Assembly: GCA_030141605.1 (NCBI GenBank)
Contig: JAQGDQ010001089.1
Coordinates: 1 to 58,460, forward strand
Length of the DNA: 58,460 nt
Reading direction: 5' to 3'
DNA from: Tubiluchus corallicola
Lineage: Eukaryota; Animalia; Priapulida
In this document: piece by piece, positions 1 to 20,200 of the stretch
How the letters are laid out: each line of letters begins with the position of its first letter
How positions within the stretch are numbered: position 1 is the stretch's first letter
Made by a program: the position numbers and the translations under genes
The notes under the pieces: generated by a model
The model's database searches: none
The model's input: only the letters and a program-made list of their open reading frames with translations
Told to the model about the DNA's origin: nothing

Positions 1-672
<672 letters not shown>

Positions 673-831
673 AGATCACTTTGCTTAGACATTATAGATA
701 ATAATGTACGTTCATTAATAATGGTAATAATGACACCAGGTCTCACATCCTGATCCTTAACATTGGAATAGATCTTCGATTTGATATCATATTCTATGAC
801 GAATTACAAAAAAACCTCTTTTTGAACCTAG

Positions 832-6045
<5,214 letters not shown>

Positions 6046-7889
6046 TTCCTTCAGGACCATGAGTTGGTTCAGACTTGGTTACAAAACAAATAGATGCTAG
6101 GTCAGGAGTTCAAATCCTGACTTAAATCACACTTTTTAATTGCCAATTTTCATAAACAAATTGTAGTAATTAACTCCTGCAGGACTGCAAGAGTTTGTGG
6201 CATTTTGCCTGGCTTCATGGAAAACTGCTCTCACTAAGCAGCAATTACATTATATTTGATAATTTTTCTTACTGTAGACAAATTAAAATTGATTTTTGAG
6301 AAATTGAGGAAGAAAATTGAAAACTACCACACTAATTACCACTCTACAACTACGTTACCACTCCATTACCTCTATAACTGTCAAAACTGTATTCGTAAAT
6401 GTACTAATCATTGTACAGTGTTTAGCGAGGTATTTATACAAAAAAAGGGTATTTATACAATGACGCTGCTGGTTTATATATGTAAAAATGTATCCATGAT
6501 TAAATAAATTTGTAAATATAGTACTTCACGTCATAGTACATGTAATGTGCTGCATATGTATTTTTTGATAGAGTAAAAAGTATGCTTTACTAATAATAGG
6601 TCAAGAGAACATTATGTGACAAAATAATACGACTTGTTTATTTATTTTGTTATAAATCACGTTTAAATACTATTTATATATGTATGTATATATAAAAAAT
6701 TTAGTAAATATAATAGTAGTAAAGTTTTGTACCAATAATACTGTTTTGTTTTTCTTTTTAATAATATATAGTCGAAACATTTGGCACGAGTTCAACTTTT
6801 AATGGTTTAATGTGAAAATTTTCAAAAAGTTCTGTTGTTTTTAACAATTAATACATTTTTATTTTCGTGGTTTTTGTCACATAATTAATAAAATTATCGT
6901 AGGCAGCAACAAAATTAAATAACTTCAATTTAATTAGTTACCTGAAAAATTACCAATAATTAATATGTTTCATAATCGCACATGTAGTTAATTACAGTTT
7001 TACATATTCAAGATTCTTAATTGTTGGTTCAACTCTAGCTTCAATCAAACTTTTTTTTACTTTTCACTTTTTTTGGCTAAATTTACCACCAAAATCTCAA
7101 TAATTGAATTTTAGTGTGAAAAATCAATAACTAAAGGTTTCACCATTAAATGATAAACATGTATTACAATATGTTTACAATGTTTGTAAAAACACATCTA
7201 CAATGTAATTGTATTTTATCAGTAAACACAAAATCTTTGCAAGGAACAAAATAGTCTGATATTTTATAAAAAGCCCAATAGATTTCTATTGTTGTATACA
7301 GACTGTCGTTATAGTGTTTGGATCGTTACGCATGAAGGGTATAAGTTCACTGCACTTTCACAGGTGGTAAAATTTGAGGGTGGATGCAGGGGGGAGGGGT
7401 AGGAACGCATTTGGTGTCTCACGACAGTCGTAAGCCTCCTCCCTCGTAATCACACTGCAAGCATATTCTCACTTCACGTTTTTGCAAAACCTTTGTGGTA
7501 TTTTTTGGACTTGCGAGAGAATGGCTTTTGAAAGTAAGCGCCCTGTGTGAACTAGATCCGCCCCCGAGAGGGTTATTGATCGAGTTTGAAGTGGGGAAAT
7601 TCGGCTGTAAAGAAATCGTCGTGGTGTGTGAACGCGCGTGATGTGAAACGACTTTACACCAGCAGTGAAAGATCTGTGCTGGTGATATGATTGTGTAAGA
7701 TACGAAAATATCGTGTAAAATAAGAAAGAAAAGAATTTGGTCAACGCAGGAGACGAAAGAGATTACTGGTAATCTTGTTAAGTTAATCTTTTTTCTAATT
7801 TGTTTATTGTGAAAGTGGTAATTTGTGACTGAAATTTGTAAGCCTAGCAAGGCATGTTAAACTAAGCAAGAATAAGCGAAAGTTTTGAT

Positions 7890-9380
<1,491 letters not shown>

Positions 9381-10509
9381 TTACTCTTCTTCTTATTCGT
9401 AAAGTATAAAAAGAGAAAGAGAAAGCTGGTACTTCTTTAAATTTAACGCGGGTACAGTCGTCACGAATCAAGTTAACTTTTTAACCCCTCTCGCTCATGT
9501 GCGGTCTGTTTCTGGTAAAACTTTCAATGCCGCAGGATAATAAGACTTTCCAAAGAAAATAAAAAATATGTCTTCTCCTTTATCTGACAGATTTACGACT
9601 TGATTCGTTTGACATCACATAAAACTGTTTTAGACATGCCTTTTCAGTTTTAGTTAGTTGGTAGGTCAGTCAGTCGTTTGCCTGGATACCAACCGCTAGC
9701 TAGTCATTCAGTTAACCTGGCTCATACAGTCAGCCGTCAGTTAGTCAGGCGGTAGTTAGGCAGCTGCCGAATCAACAAGGTAATTCAGTGTAACTCACTA
9801 GGTGATTAGCTAACATGTAACGGAGACAAACGTAGTACAAAAAATCAATAAATTTGTTGACTATATACAGCTACTCTTGAAACTTAACAGAGTGCCCTAC
9901 GCTCACATACACTAAGCAATAAAGCGTTATTTACATCCGTTTACGATTACTGCCTGCCACAACGGTGATAATGTGCCAAACGTACACTCCAAGGAAGCGG
10001 GTTCGAATCGCGCTAATGACAATTTTTATCAACATCCGCAATAATTATCCAGATTTGTCACTAACGCTGTCCTATTAATCATTTCTACTTTTTAATTATA
10101 AAAGAAACAACTCGCAGCTGTAACATCCCTAAAAGAGGACGCACCGCCTGTCATCGCCTGAGGCATAGCATCATAAATGATCTGTACCTGTCATTAATAT
10201 AAACCTGTCGACAGGGGGGCGCCTCTAACTTTCAAAAAGAGGGTTTCCATCCCGTAAGATGAAGATCACGTTGGGAGCGTGTGTAAAAAACTATGAATTA
10301 TCGAGGTTAGTTTACCAAATTCATTTTCGAAATCTCTTTTTCAGCATAGGCCTAAAGTCTACGAGGGCGGATCTTGGGAGTTGCAAACATCGTTCCGCCC
10401 CCTTTAAGAAACGCCCCGCTTCGTATCCGGCACCTAGAGGCAGAGTGTGTTATTATGTTTAATGGTTTGGGCTAAATTTTATGGGACGTGTTCTAGGTAG
10501 TGTGTAATC

Positions 10510-10757
10510 TGGAGACGCTGCAAAAGCAGCTTCATCGTCGGAAGGATTTGATTATCCACAGTGAGGGGCTCGAGACGCTGCAAAATCAGCTTCATCGTCA
10601 GAAGGATTTGATTATCCACAGTGCGGGGCTCAAGACGTTGCAAAAACTGCTTCATCGTCAAAGGGATTTGATTATCCACAGTGAGGGGCTCAAGACGTTG
10701 CAAAATCAGCTTCATCATCAGAAGGATTTGATTATCCACAGTGCGGGGCTCGAGATG
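10510..10757. repeat. 60-bp tandem repeat, 4 copies, abutting the paralogue B start codon
   Basis: Unit GAGACGCTGCAAAATCAGCTTCATCGTCAGAAGGATTTGATTATCCACAGTGCGGGGCTC. Confidence 0.9.
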
Positions 10758-13700
10758 CACCTAATCCACAAACTGGTAAGCCATTGTTGCAATTTCTGTA
10801 CAGAGAGTGTGATATTTACCTAACGCACCACAAATAGTTTGCACGTCGAATTTGTTATTAATGTGAAGCTTTCCACAGAGAGCGATATAAGAACTTACAT
10901 CCAAACGTTTTTTTTAAATTCGTAGTGAGAATAATCTTTTTTAATTGGAATGAGAGTTGACGATAAAGATTTTTAACTTGCGAAAAATCAATAATTGCTC
11001 ACTATAAGAGGAATTCATTTAAAGCGTCGTTCTGTTTGTAAACTATTTGTAGCAAATCTTAATGAAAATTCATGGTTCATCCTTACTTCAAAACGTGTCT
11101 GTTAGAGAACAATATTAAAAAGTGTTATACATGGTAGCACAGTTCGTTATGCTCCTAATACATACATATTAGAATTTGTGTATATCTTTGTATGTGCAAA
11201 TATTATAAACATTATAAATAATATTATAGCTGCAATTAAAAGGTATAAATACTGTATGTGCATGCTACAATCAATACATGCTATGGTTTACAGGATGTCA
11301 CAACGTCAAACTACTACACTAATGTTTGGTCATGCTGTATTGCTGTGCTGTCAATGCACTGTAAATTTTTATGTACTGCACATGTTGCAATCAATACAAG
11401 TTGCGATTTACTGGATGCTACAATGTAAAATGCTTGTTTATGCCAAAGCACTGGTTACACATGACAACATATCTTTACTGAGTTTTCTCAAAATAAAGAA
11501 TTGCTCTGTCCTTTAGATACTTGCAGTTGAGGTCATTTTACTGGGGGTCATCACACTGACCAATGCTTCGGAAATCAACGTTCGGAGATACCTGAATGAC
11601 CGCAAGGAAGACGTGGCCAAAATCATGAAAATGTCCGACCTTGGCCTCATCAGCAAGTTTAACTTGAATGTTCAAGATGCGGACTCGCAAAATGTTTTAA
11701 CAGCTGTCAGGTAAATAAATACGCCACCAGATGGCGCCACTTCAGCTCAAATAAACTTGATTCATTAACTTACTCAATAGATGTTGCCACTCTAGCTCAA
11801 ATAAACTTGATTCATTAACTTACTCAATAGATGCCGCCACTCTAGCTCAAATAAACTTGATTCATTAACTTACTCCTTAGATGCCGCCACTCGAGCTCAA
11901 ATAAACTTGATTCATTAACTTACTCCTTAGATGCCGCCACTCGAGCTCAGATAAACTTGATTCATTAACTTTCTCCCTAGATGCCGCCACTCGAGCTCAA
12001 ATAAACTTGATTTATTAACTTACTGACTAGATGACGCCACTAGAGTTCAAATAAACTTGATTTATTAACTTACTGACTAGATGACGCCACTAGAGTTCAA
12101 ATAAACTTGATTCATTAACTTACTCAATAGATGTCGCCACACGAGCTAAAATAAACTTGATTCATTAACTTACTCCCTAGATGCCGCCACTCGAGCTCAA
12201 ATACATGTAAACTTGATTCAATAACTTTCTCCCTAGATGCCGCCACTCGAGCTCAAATAAACTTGATTCATTAACTTACTCAATAGATGCCGCCACTCAA
12301 GCTCAAATAAACTTGATTCATTAACTTTCTCCCTAGTTGCCGCCACTCGAGCTCAAATAAACTTGATTTATTAACTTGCTGCCTAGATGACGCCACTCGA
12401 GTTCAAAGAAACTTGATTCATTAACTTGCTCACTAGATGCCACCACTCTAGCTCAGATAAACTTGATTCATTAACTTTCTCCCTAGATGCCGCCACTCGA
12501 GCTCAAATAAACTTGATTCATTAACTTACTCCTTAGATGGCGCCACTCGAGCTCAAATAAACTTGATTCATTAACTTACTCAATAGATGTCGCCACTCGA
12601 GCTCAAATAAACTTGATTCATTAACTTACTCCCTAGCTAACTGATATAGTGCTTAATATTTGGTTGAATCACAGTAACCACTGACTAACTGGTTTGCCTG
12701 GTCGACTGCATGACTGATTGGTTAACAGCTTGTTAATTTACCGACTGACTGACGGACTGTCTAACTCACTGTGGTGCTACTCGGTTAAGTAATTTATTGT
12801 TGGTTGGCTGGTAATTGGCTGCTTGCATGATGAAGTAAGTAATGTGGTTCACTGATTGACTGTTATTCAGTTAACTGACTGATTTACTAAGTGACTCACG
12901 TACCAGTCGATTGAACAAACAAGAAACTAACTGTGTGAGATTTTTGTCAGTTTGAGACAGTAATAATGCTGTCAAGATGCTAAGCAAAACAATAATTTTA
13001 AGGGATAATCTCAGTGTTCTGTTAATCTGTCAAGATAAATGACGTGTGTCGCAGATAATCTGTTAATCTATAAAACAACAATGTGTTTTTCAGAGGTGAT
13101 CTGCTAATCTGTAAAACAACAATGTGTTTTTCAGAGATGATCTTCTAATCTGTAAAACAACAATGTACTTTTCAGAGATAATCTGTTAATCTGTAAAACA
13201 ACGTGTTTTTCAGAGGTGATCTGTAAAACAACAACGTGTTTTTCAGAGATGATCTGCTAAACTGTAAAACAACAATGTACTTTTCAGAATAATCTGTAAA
13301 ACAACAACGTGTTTTTCATAGATGATCTGCTAATCTGTAAAACAACAATGTACTTTTCAAAGGTAATCTGCTAATCTGTAAAACAACAATGTACTTTTTA
13401 TAGATAATCTGTTAATGTGTAAAACAACTGCGTACTTTTCAGACACAAGATGGCGAGAGAGTTCAACTTCAGCAGGGTACCTGTTTTCGAATGTGACGAG
13501 AATGTTGAACTGGACAAACTATTCGATCCGCTAAATGGGGTGCTAAAGAGAAAAAAGAGACAGACAAGCTTCTGCTCAAAAGATGGGTGAGTGAAAAGAG
13601 GTTCTACTAGATCAGATCTAGATCAGGATCAGAACCTATCTTATAATAGAGGACATCGATCGAGGCACTGAGCTAACAGAGGCATTTTAGGCATGCTCGG

Positions 13701-16689
13701 ATGTGCATACGACCTCTTTTAATTAAGTTAATAGACAGCAGCAGCATGAAAACACATGAAAATTGGCCTATATTTACTAAACAGGTCTCGTATTACTTAA
13801 CTTTGGAGGTCATGCATATATCATAATCACCCGGGCACAACAAACGTTAATTATTATTTCTTATACCTTTTAATACTCGTTTAGGTGCTTACAGAATCCG
13901 ATGCCCGTATGCAATATGACGCGTCGTCTATCGAAACCGCTCTTTGGTTACAATCCAAGCGGAGAATTCCGTGTCATCGTTCAGATGCCGAGTTTGGAGC
14001 AATGCGTGGAGATCATACACTGTCCGTATGTAGAGTAAAATAATTGGTTAAAGTCTCTTTATTCTGGTGGTTAAAGCTGCTTGCTGATTATTGTATTTAT
14101 TCTTGTGGTTAAAACTGCTTGCTGATTATTGTTGTTTATTGCGTGACGTGTGAGGTAGCCACGATGGGCATGGCAAACTATCAAGACTTTATTTAATAAA
14201 CTACACATTTATTAAATATCAACCACAACACGGTAAATATAAGAGGATAGTAATGCCAGCCCCTCTGTCTTCAAGTCAGTTCCTAATCTCCTCGAGGTGC
14301 AGGCCTCAAAACACTCTTGTCTAACTACCTAATGCGCCGTGAGCTTCTGCGCATAAAGATCACATCATCAATCTTTACTTCTGAGTCAGGCGGTCGAACA
14401 TCAGCTGGTCACGTGATGCCACGTGTAACTAGTCTATCCACAACGAGTTTAATCTTGCATCGTCAAGCATTTAATCTTGAATTATTAATTTAATAATTTA
14501 ATCACCAATTTAATCAAAATCATTGTTTAATACAGCTTTCTTTACTTGTAGAGATATTCACATTTTTTGTGTAGAGTTCTGACCAACATGGCAACCGACA
14601 CATCCATGACAGTAACACTTTTCACTATGCATGACAAAGCCAAAACACGAATACAATTATTTTTATAAGAGTAGCGGAATTTTTAGAGCAAATCGCAGCT
14701 GTAAGGAAGTTGACAGAAAACGATAATTGTTATTCAAAATATTCCAGTGGCGGCAAACATCAGTCATCAGTAGTAGTAGAATGGGATTGTTGAATGATAA
14801 AGTTGGAATTTTTTAAGGAAGACAGGACGATTTTTTGTACACAACCCCAGTTTCAAGTACGATAAAAATTATACATTTTAGCACAATTAATACTGCAAAA
14901 GCGTTTCTGATAATTAAATAAAAGATTAAAAACTTAATTAACGGCGGGCGAGCTCAACTATTGATGACATCACAAACTAACGTAATTTTCAACAGCAAAA
15001 ATATTCCACGTGTTTTCGAAAGTGAAAATTGAAGTACAGTGCTACTGTAAGATATTCAGTATGTTGTACTAATACTAGACAAGTTTTAAGATTAAAATTC
15101 AAATTTACGCAAGAGCTGTCGAACGTGTGCAATTCGTCACAAACTAACAAAACTGAACTGAGAGGTACAGCACCTGTATTCGTGCAATGCGTTTCCGAAA
15201 TGCAGGCACTAGTGTCCGTCTAACTAGCGAATGACGAAATGCACGTAACAGCGAAGAACTAGTGGCACAAACGTGAAATCGTGTTTGAGTTGTAACAATT
15301 TTTTCACGTAAGTCATTTTTTGAAAAAAACAGCATGTTTTCTTTCAATATTTTAAAGAGTAGATTGTTTTGACCTGCAGTTTTAGATTAGCTCCGGTTTT
15401 GCGTTAAAGAAAATTTCTCTCATGTCTTGTCTGTGATTATAAATCATAGATCACAGAATGAATTCATGTCATTCAGTAGTACCGAGCAACGTACCAGGCT
15501 AATTGCCGAGAAAACTGAAAAGTGTTTTAAATGGTCTAGTTTATGTCAATAAGCCATTTCACAGTTTCAGCGATTGATGGTGATCGTGAAAAGGTCAAAG
15601 GTAAAGCGTATTAGACAACGCATTTGTCTACACTTGACAACGCCTCACAACTCATGCTATTGTAATAGTAACAGTTTTAACAGTTAGCTAGAACCTTACC
15701 TAGTTCATTTTTTCTTGTCTGTCGTCTGTAGCAATGAAGTAAAACTGTTTGTATGTCGGTAACAGTTTTGCGGACACAGTACAGCATCGTGAGTTTGAAA
15801 TAGATTCAATTAGTCAACAAATGTGAATTGTCAACAAATAACTTAATTGACTCGCTTAATTTGAACAAAAACAAGGCATGTCTAACTACTCGAATCGATT
15901 TCAAGCAAAACAGGAAGATTTTTTATATCATACCCCGTTTCGAAGTACGGTAAAATGTAGGCTATACAATTTAATACATGTACCAACGTCAAAGCGTTTA
16001 GACTACAGTCTTGTTTTGCAATTTTCAGTTAAACACACACAGTAAGCCTTTTCACAGTTCCAGCGATTGATGATGATCGTGAAACAGTCAAAGGTTAAGT
16101 GTAGCAGACAACTCATTTGTGTACATTTGACAACGCCTCGCATCATATGCTGTTGTAATAACAACAGTTTTAACAGCAAGCTCATTTTTTCTTGTTCCCA
16201 AGCAAGATCCTGCTAGGAAATCACTCTATGCATAGACTAATGCATAATTAAGTAAAATCCACCTAAAAACAACTGAAGTTATTGAACTGATAGCGGCAGG
16301 TTGTTTTGCTTTACACACACATCAAGCGATAGTTGTAGTTAAGACTCGTTGCCACGTTACATTTAACCGTTGACCTACAGCAAGTGCGCATGCGCACAAC
16401 GAAACTGTGAAAAGGCTTATTGTAAAGTACTGTCCCACCATATGTTCGCATAATGTTACTTGAAATTGTCCTAGTTAATCTACCTAACTTACTTTTATAC
16501 TTAGTTAACCAAGGTGTTTAATGTTTTCACAGGAATAGTTACTGTTTCATCGCAAAGGGGCGCTGCATACCAGATTACCGTCTAGAGCAGCTGATGGTCT
16601 TCGATCCGATACAAGACATTCCGTTCTCCGACATGATACTGGTACCCAGCGGATGCAGCTGCCGTACGAGGATAACAGAACCCACATAG
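10755..16689 (+). CDS. Spaetzle/neurotrophin-like secreted cystine-knot proprotein, paralogue B (218 aa); exons 10755-10775, 11517-11710, 13443-13586, 13885-14025, 16533-16689
   Basis: GT-AG introns, 657 nt in frame. Translation: signal peptide MHLIHKLILAVEVILLGVITLTNA/S...VPVFECDEN..FDP..KRKKR|QTSFCSKDGCLQNPMPVCNMTRRLSKPLFGYNPSGEFRVIVQMPSLEQCVEIIHCPNSYCFIAKGRCIPDYRLEQLMVFDPIQDIPFSDMILVPSGCSCRTRITEPT*. Same intron phases as paralogue A, and identical lengths of the last two exons (141 and 157 nt). The short first exon is the least certain. Confidence 0.87.
11722..12637. repeat. 50-bp minisatellite, ~18 copies
   Basis: Unit CCACTCGAGCTCAAATAAACTTGATTCATTAACTTACTCCCTAGATGCCG. Confidence 0.92.
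13020..13442. repeat. ~41-bp minisatellite, ~10 copies, made of splice-acceptor sequence
   Basis: Unit TCTGTAAAACAACAATGTGTTTTTCAGAGGTGATCTGCTAA; the last unit supplies the real acceptor at 13442. Confidence 0.85.
14816..15403 (-). mobile_element. Kolobok-like MITE family B copy
   Basis: AGGAAGACAGGACGATTTT ... TCCGGTTTTGCG|TTAA; reverse complement of family B. Confidence 0.75.
16043..16419. mobile_element. MITE (PIF/Harbinger-like ends); partial second copy at ~15549-15720
   Basis: TAAGCCTTTTCACAGTT ... AACTGTGAAAAGGCTTA perfect 17-bp inverted ends. Confidence 0.65.
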
Positions 16690-17296
16690 CAACCGTGAGA
16701 CCCGCCTAGCAATTGCAACATATGCGCATAGCAACCATAAACTTACATTATTACAGGGATAGTATACCAGTGTGAATGATGTATAAGGAACAATGCAATT
16801 GTCAACTAAAACAATGTGATTATGTGAATTAGCAATACACTGGTACCTGCCATACAAGTCTTTGCAAGGATTGCAATCTCGACTATTTTCAAAAAAAGGA
16901 CAAGAATCTCGCCAAGTTTTTTTAAAGGTAGTGGTGACAGATAAGGCTGAAATGCACTTCAAGTTTTCAACAAAAAGCTGGAACAAAAGGAACAGGATGC
17001 GACCATGTGAATTAAAATTGTCTAATTTAAGTTATTAAAGGACAAGAACACACTTTTCGCCAATAAAGCTTAAAATTTTTTAAAAATTTTGTATCACTTA
17101 CTTTTGAGCTACCCGGTACGATAAGATTATACTCAGCTTCCACTGAGCTTGCAAGCTTCCACTGAGGTCATAATTTAAAACTGTACATAAAAATACTATT
17201 GTAAAAGTAGTAGTGATCAGAATTTATTCATTTTGTTAATCCAAATGATACATATTGTACATAAATAAAAAATATGTGTTGTAAACAAACATTTGA

Positions 17297-20200
17297 TCAG
17301 TTTTTTTCCTTGCGTAATCTAGAGGATCTTCTCAGCAACTTCTCGTCGAAACGTTTCTTCACTTCACCACCACCGCTGCTTTCGGCGGGTTTCTTCCGTC
17401 TTGCCGGCTTTTTTGTCTTGTGCCGAAAATAAGTGCTGACTTCTTTCTGCTCTTCTCTGCACTGCTTCCCCTCATTTACTTCCGTAGACTGTAATCGTTG
17501 AGAGGTGAAGTATAAAGACTCTCTACCAGGTTCTGATGGGCCTAAGTCACCCTTCAAACTCTGAGCAAAAAACAGAAGACAAACATTAGTAAAAACATTT
17601 TTTTAAAACTACACATGTTCTTTAGAATATATTTCATGGGATAGCTAACATGATATCAAAAAAGTTGAGTGAACTAGAGTTTTACGGTACTAATAGCTGT
17701 CAATAATTGAGTGCCTGCAAACCAAAACCGTCCACAAGTCAGCATAGTTAAAACCACATTATGATGCTTTAAAGTGGAATGACCCAAAAATTTAGTCTGA
17801 TGTTAATTTTTCGTTTTCTATAAAAACAATGCTAAATATATTGGACTTTTATATTCTAGCATCACATTATCAAGAAAATGTCCAAAAAATAATTTTATAA
17901 CCACGTGCCCATTTCTCTGCCTGGAAGCTAGTACTGCAATTGTAAAAAAACTTCGGTAGTAGCTCATGGAAGCAGTCATGCTAAGTGTTTTGCAGAAACA
18001 CGACAAAAAACAATGGCTAACTTTAACAGTGATTTTCTCAAGATTATGTTTTTCGGTGCGTAGCCTGCACCTCAACTTCAATGTGGATTATCTTAGCTTA
18101 GAAATAACGTAGAGCGGTGAGCTTGGTATCAAAATGATCCTCATGAAATGGAGACTCAGGATATGTGAATAACTAGAAAAGCTTAATTGCTGACTTATGA
18201 ACGATTTTGCTATGCTTGCGCACATTTAATGTTCAATTAAGTTCGCTGTTCATACTGGGGTACAGTATGGCCCAGGCTATTTTACACCCTGGTAAAGTTT
18301 GGCCAGGACGTTTTATCCCCCGGGGTATAATGTGGGCAGGGTCTAATTTGGCCTGCTACACCGAAATACTTAGCTTCACAGACGAATGGCAGAGATGTTC
18401 ATTGATTAAAGGAAAACCAGACGAATTTTTAAAGCTTGATTTATGAAAAATATTTACTTTCATTTCTTGTGTTAGTTGTGGTCAGCTTACCGATCACAAC
18501 TGAACTGTTTGTAAAAAAAGCTTTAAAGGAAAACCAGACGATTGTGTAAACACGAGTTCGGAATAAAGAATGCTCTGAAATATTGAAAACTACAAATAGC
18601 TTATTTTAAATCAAAGCTTAGGTTAAATAATAATTACCCAAATTTTGTTAAACATTCAAAGCTACGCGTGGCTCAGTGAATCTACTAAGACTGGCAGCGG
18701 CGCCTTTTTGTCACATTCGCATCGCCGACAAATAGAAGGTGGTACACATGATAACCAAGATCGTGAACTGCTGTGTTAGTTTCTGACGTCATATGACGTA
18801 GACCCCATTGTTCGTGACATCATGCATTCAAAACAGTAAAACTTACGCAAATGTGCTTGAAGCGCAAGGGAAGATGTCTGCCATTGCACAAACTGTGGGT
18901 AGTTGCTGACGTAAGCAATAGCTGTGTTCGGTTGCCGTTTATTGACTTTCTAAACTAATTATTCAAATATAAGAAACAATTGCTAACTTTTATAGGCAAG
19001 AAAATGCATATTTTGGAGAGTAAATTAAAATGAGATCGAGTCTAAACAATCGTCCAGTCTTCCTCTAAAGAAAACGTTGGTTAAAATTTTTATTTCATTT
19101 AACGATTCTTCAAAGGTTCAAGGTACAAAGTACTACAAAACACTGTACCTGTGTGGCCCACAGTCTCCTCCATTATCTATCCTGCACTTTAGTCAGAAAA
19201 TTTCAAACCGGCAAGTCATATTTCAAAATGTAAAGGATCGTTTACCTGTGGGTTATGTTTGACCGAGTCGGATACAGCGTCTATCAGTTTTCCGGTGTAG
19301 GATATATCAGTTGCTGGCTTCCTCTTTGATTTACCTTTCATTTCTAAAAAACAATCGGGTACTCTAAAAACTGAATGTAAGTTTATGATTTTACCCGTTG
19401 AATTCACTGAGCAAAATGTTTTAGTGGCGTGATAAGTCGTTGTTATTGCTACTACAGCTGTTGCAGCTACTATTGTTGTCATTTTGGTTGCGGTTTTGCT
19501 TTCTGTTGCCGATGTTGATGCAGATGTTTCGTGGCTTGAAGTGGAGCACGAAAACCACGAGACTACCAGAAGTTGACGTGTAACATTTGTTAAAAACATT
19601 TAAAAGAGAAAAACGTTTTATAGTGTGTACTCGCCTGTAAGTTGGCAATTAAGCTTTTCTCGTTATTCACATATCCTGAATCTCCATTTCATGAGGATCA
19701 TTTTGATACCAAGTTCATTACTCTGTGTTATTGCTAAGTTGAGATAATCCACATTAAAGTTCGGTCAAATATTATTTTTGTTTTTCATAAAAACAAATGC
19801 TAAATATATCAGACTTTTCTATTCTGGCATCAAATTATCGAGAAAATGTCTAAAAATACTAAAAATCTAATTTTATAACTCCTAACTTGCTTTTCTGTCT
19901 AGAAACTAGTATTGCAATTGTAAAAAACTTATATTTTCAAAATCCGATAGTAGCTCGTGGAAGCAGTCATTTTACTTCGGGTTTTTTTCCGTTGACAAGA
20001 TCAAACCTTCGTCAGAAAGAGCCATCTACTGGACTTAAACATAACAAGTTCAACGTGTTCTTGCAGTCCGTAGCAACGACAAAAAACAATGGCTGACGTT
20101 AACAGTGATTTTCTCAAGATTATGCTTTTCAGTGTGCAGCCTGCACCTCAACTTCAATGTGGTTTATCTCAGGTTAGAAATAACATAAAGCGATGAACTT

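Noticed and set aside
9960-10270. tRNA-like B-box GGTTCGAATC (similar at ~6100 and ~38655)
   Set aside because: No cloverleaf; probably decayed SINE heads whose boundaries cannot be defined.
11722-12637. CRISPR-like appearance of regular repeats (also 41114-42065, 46365-48056)
   Set aside because: No unique spacers, no cas genes, and a eukaryotic intron context.
14149-14442. Possible solo LTR (TGTGAGGTAG...CTATCCACA, minus-strand AATAAA)
   Set aside because: No convincing 4-5 bp target-site duplication and no second copy in the window.
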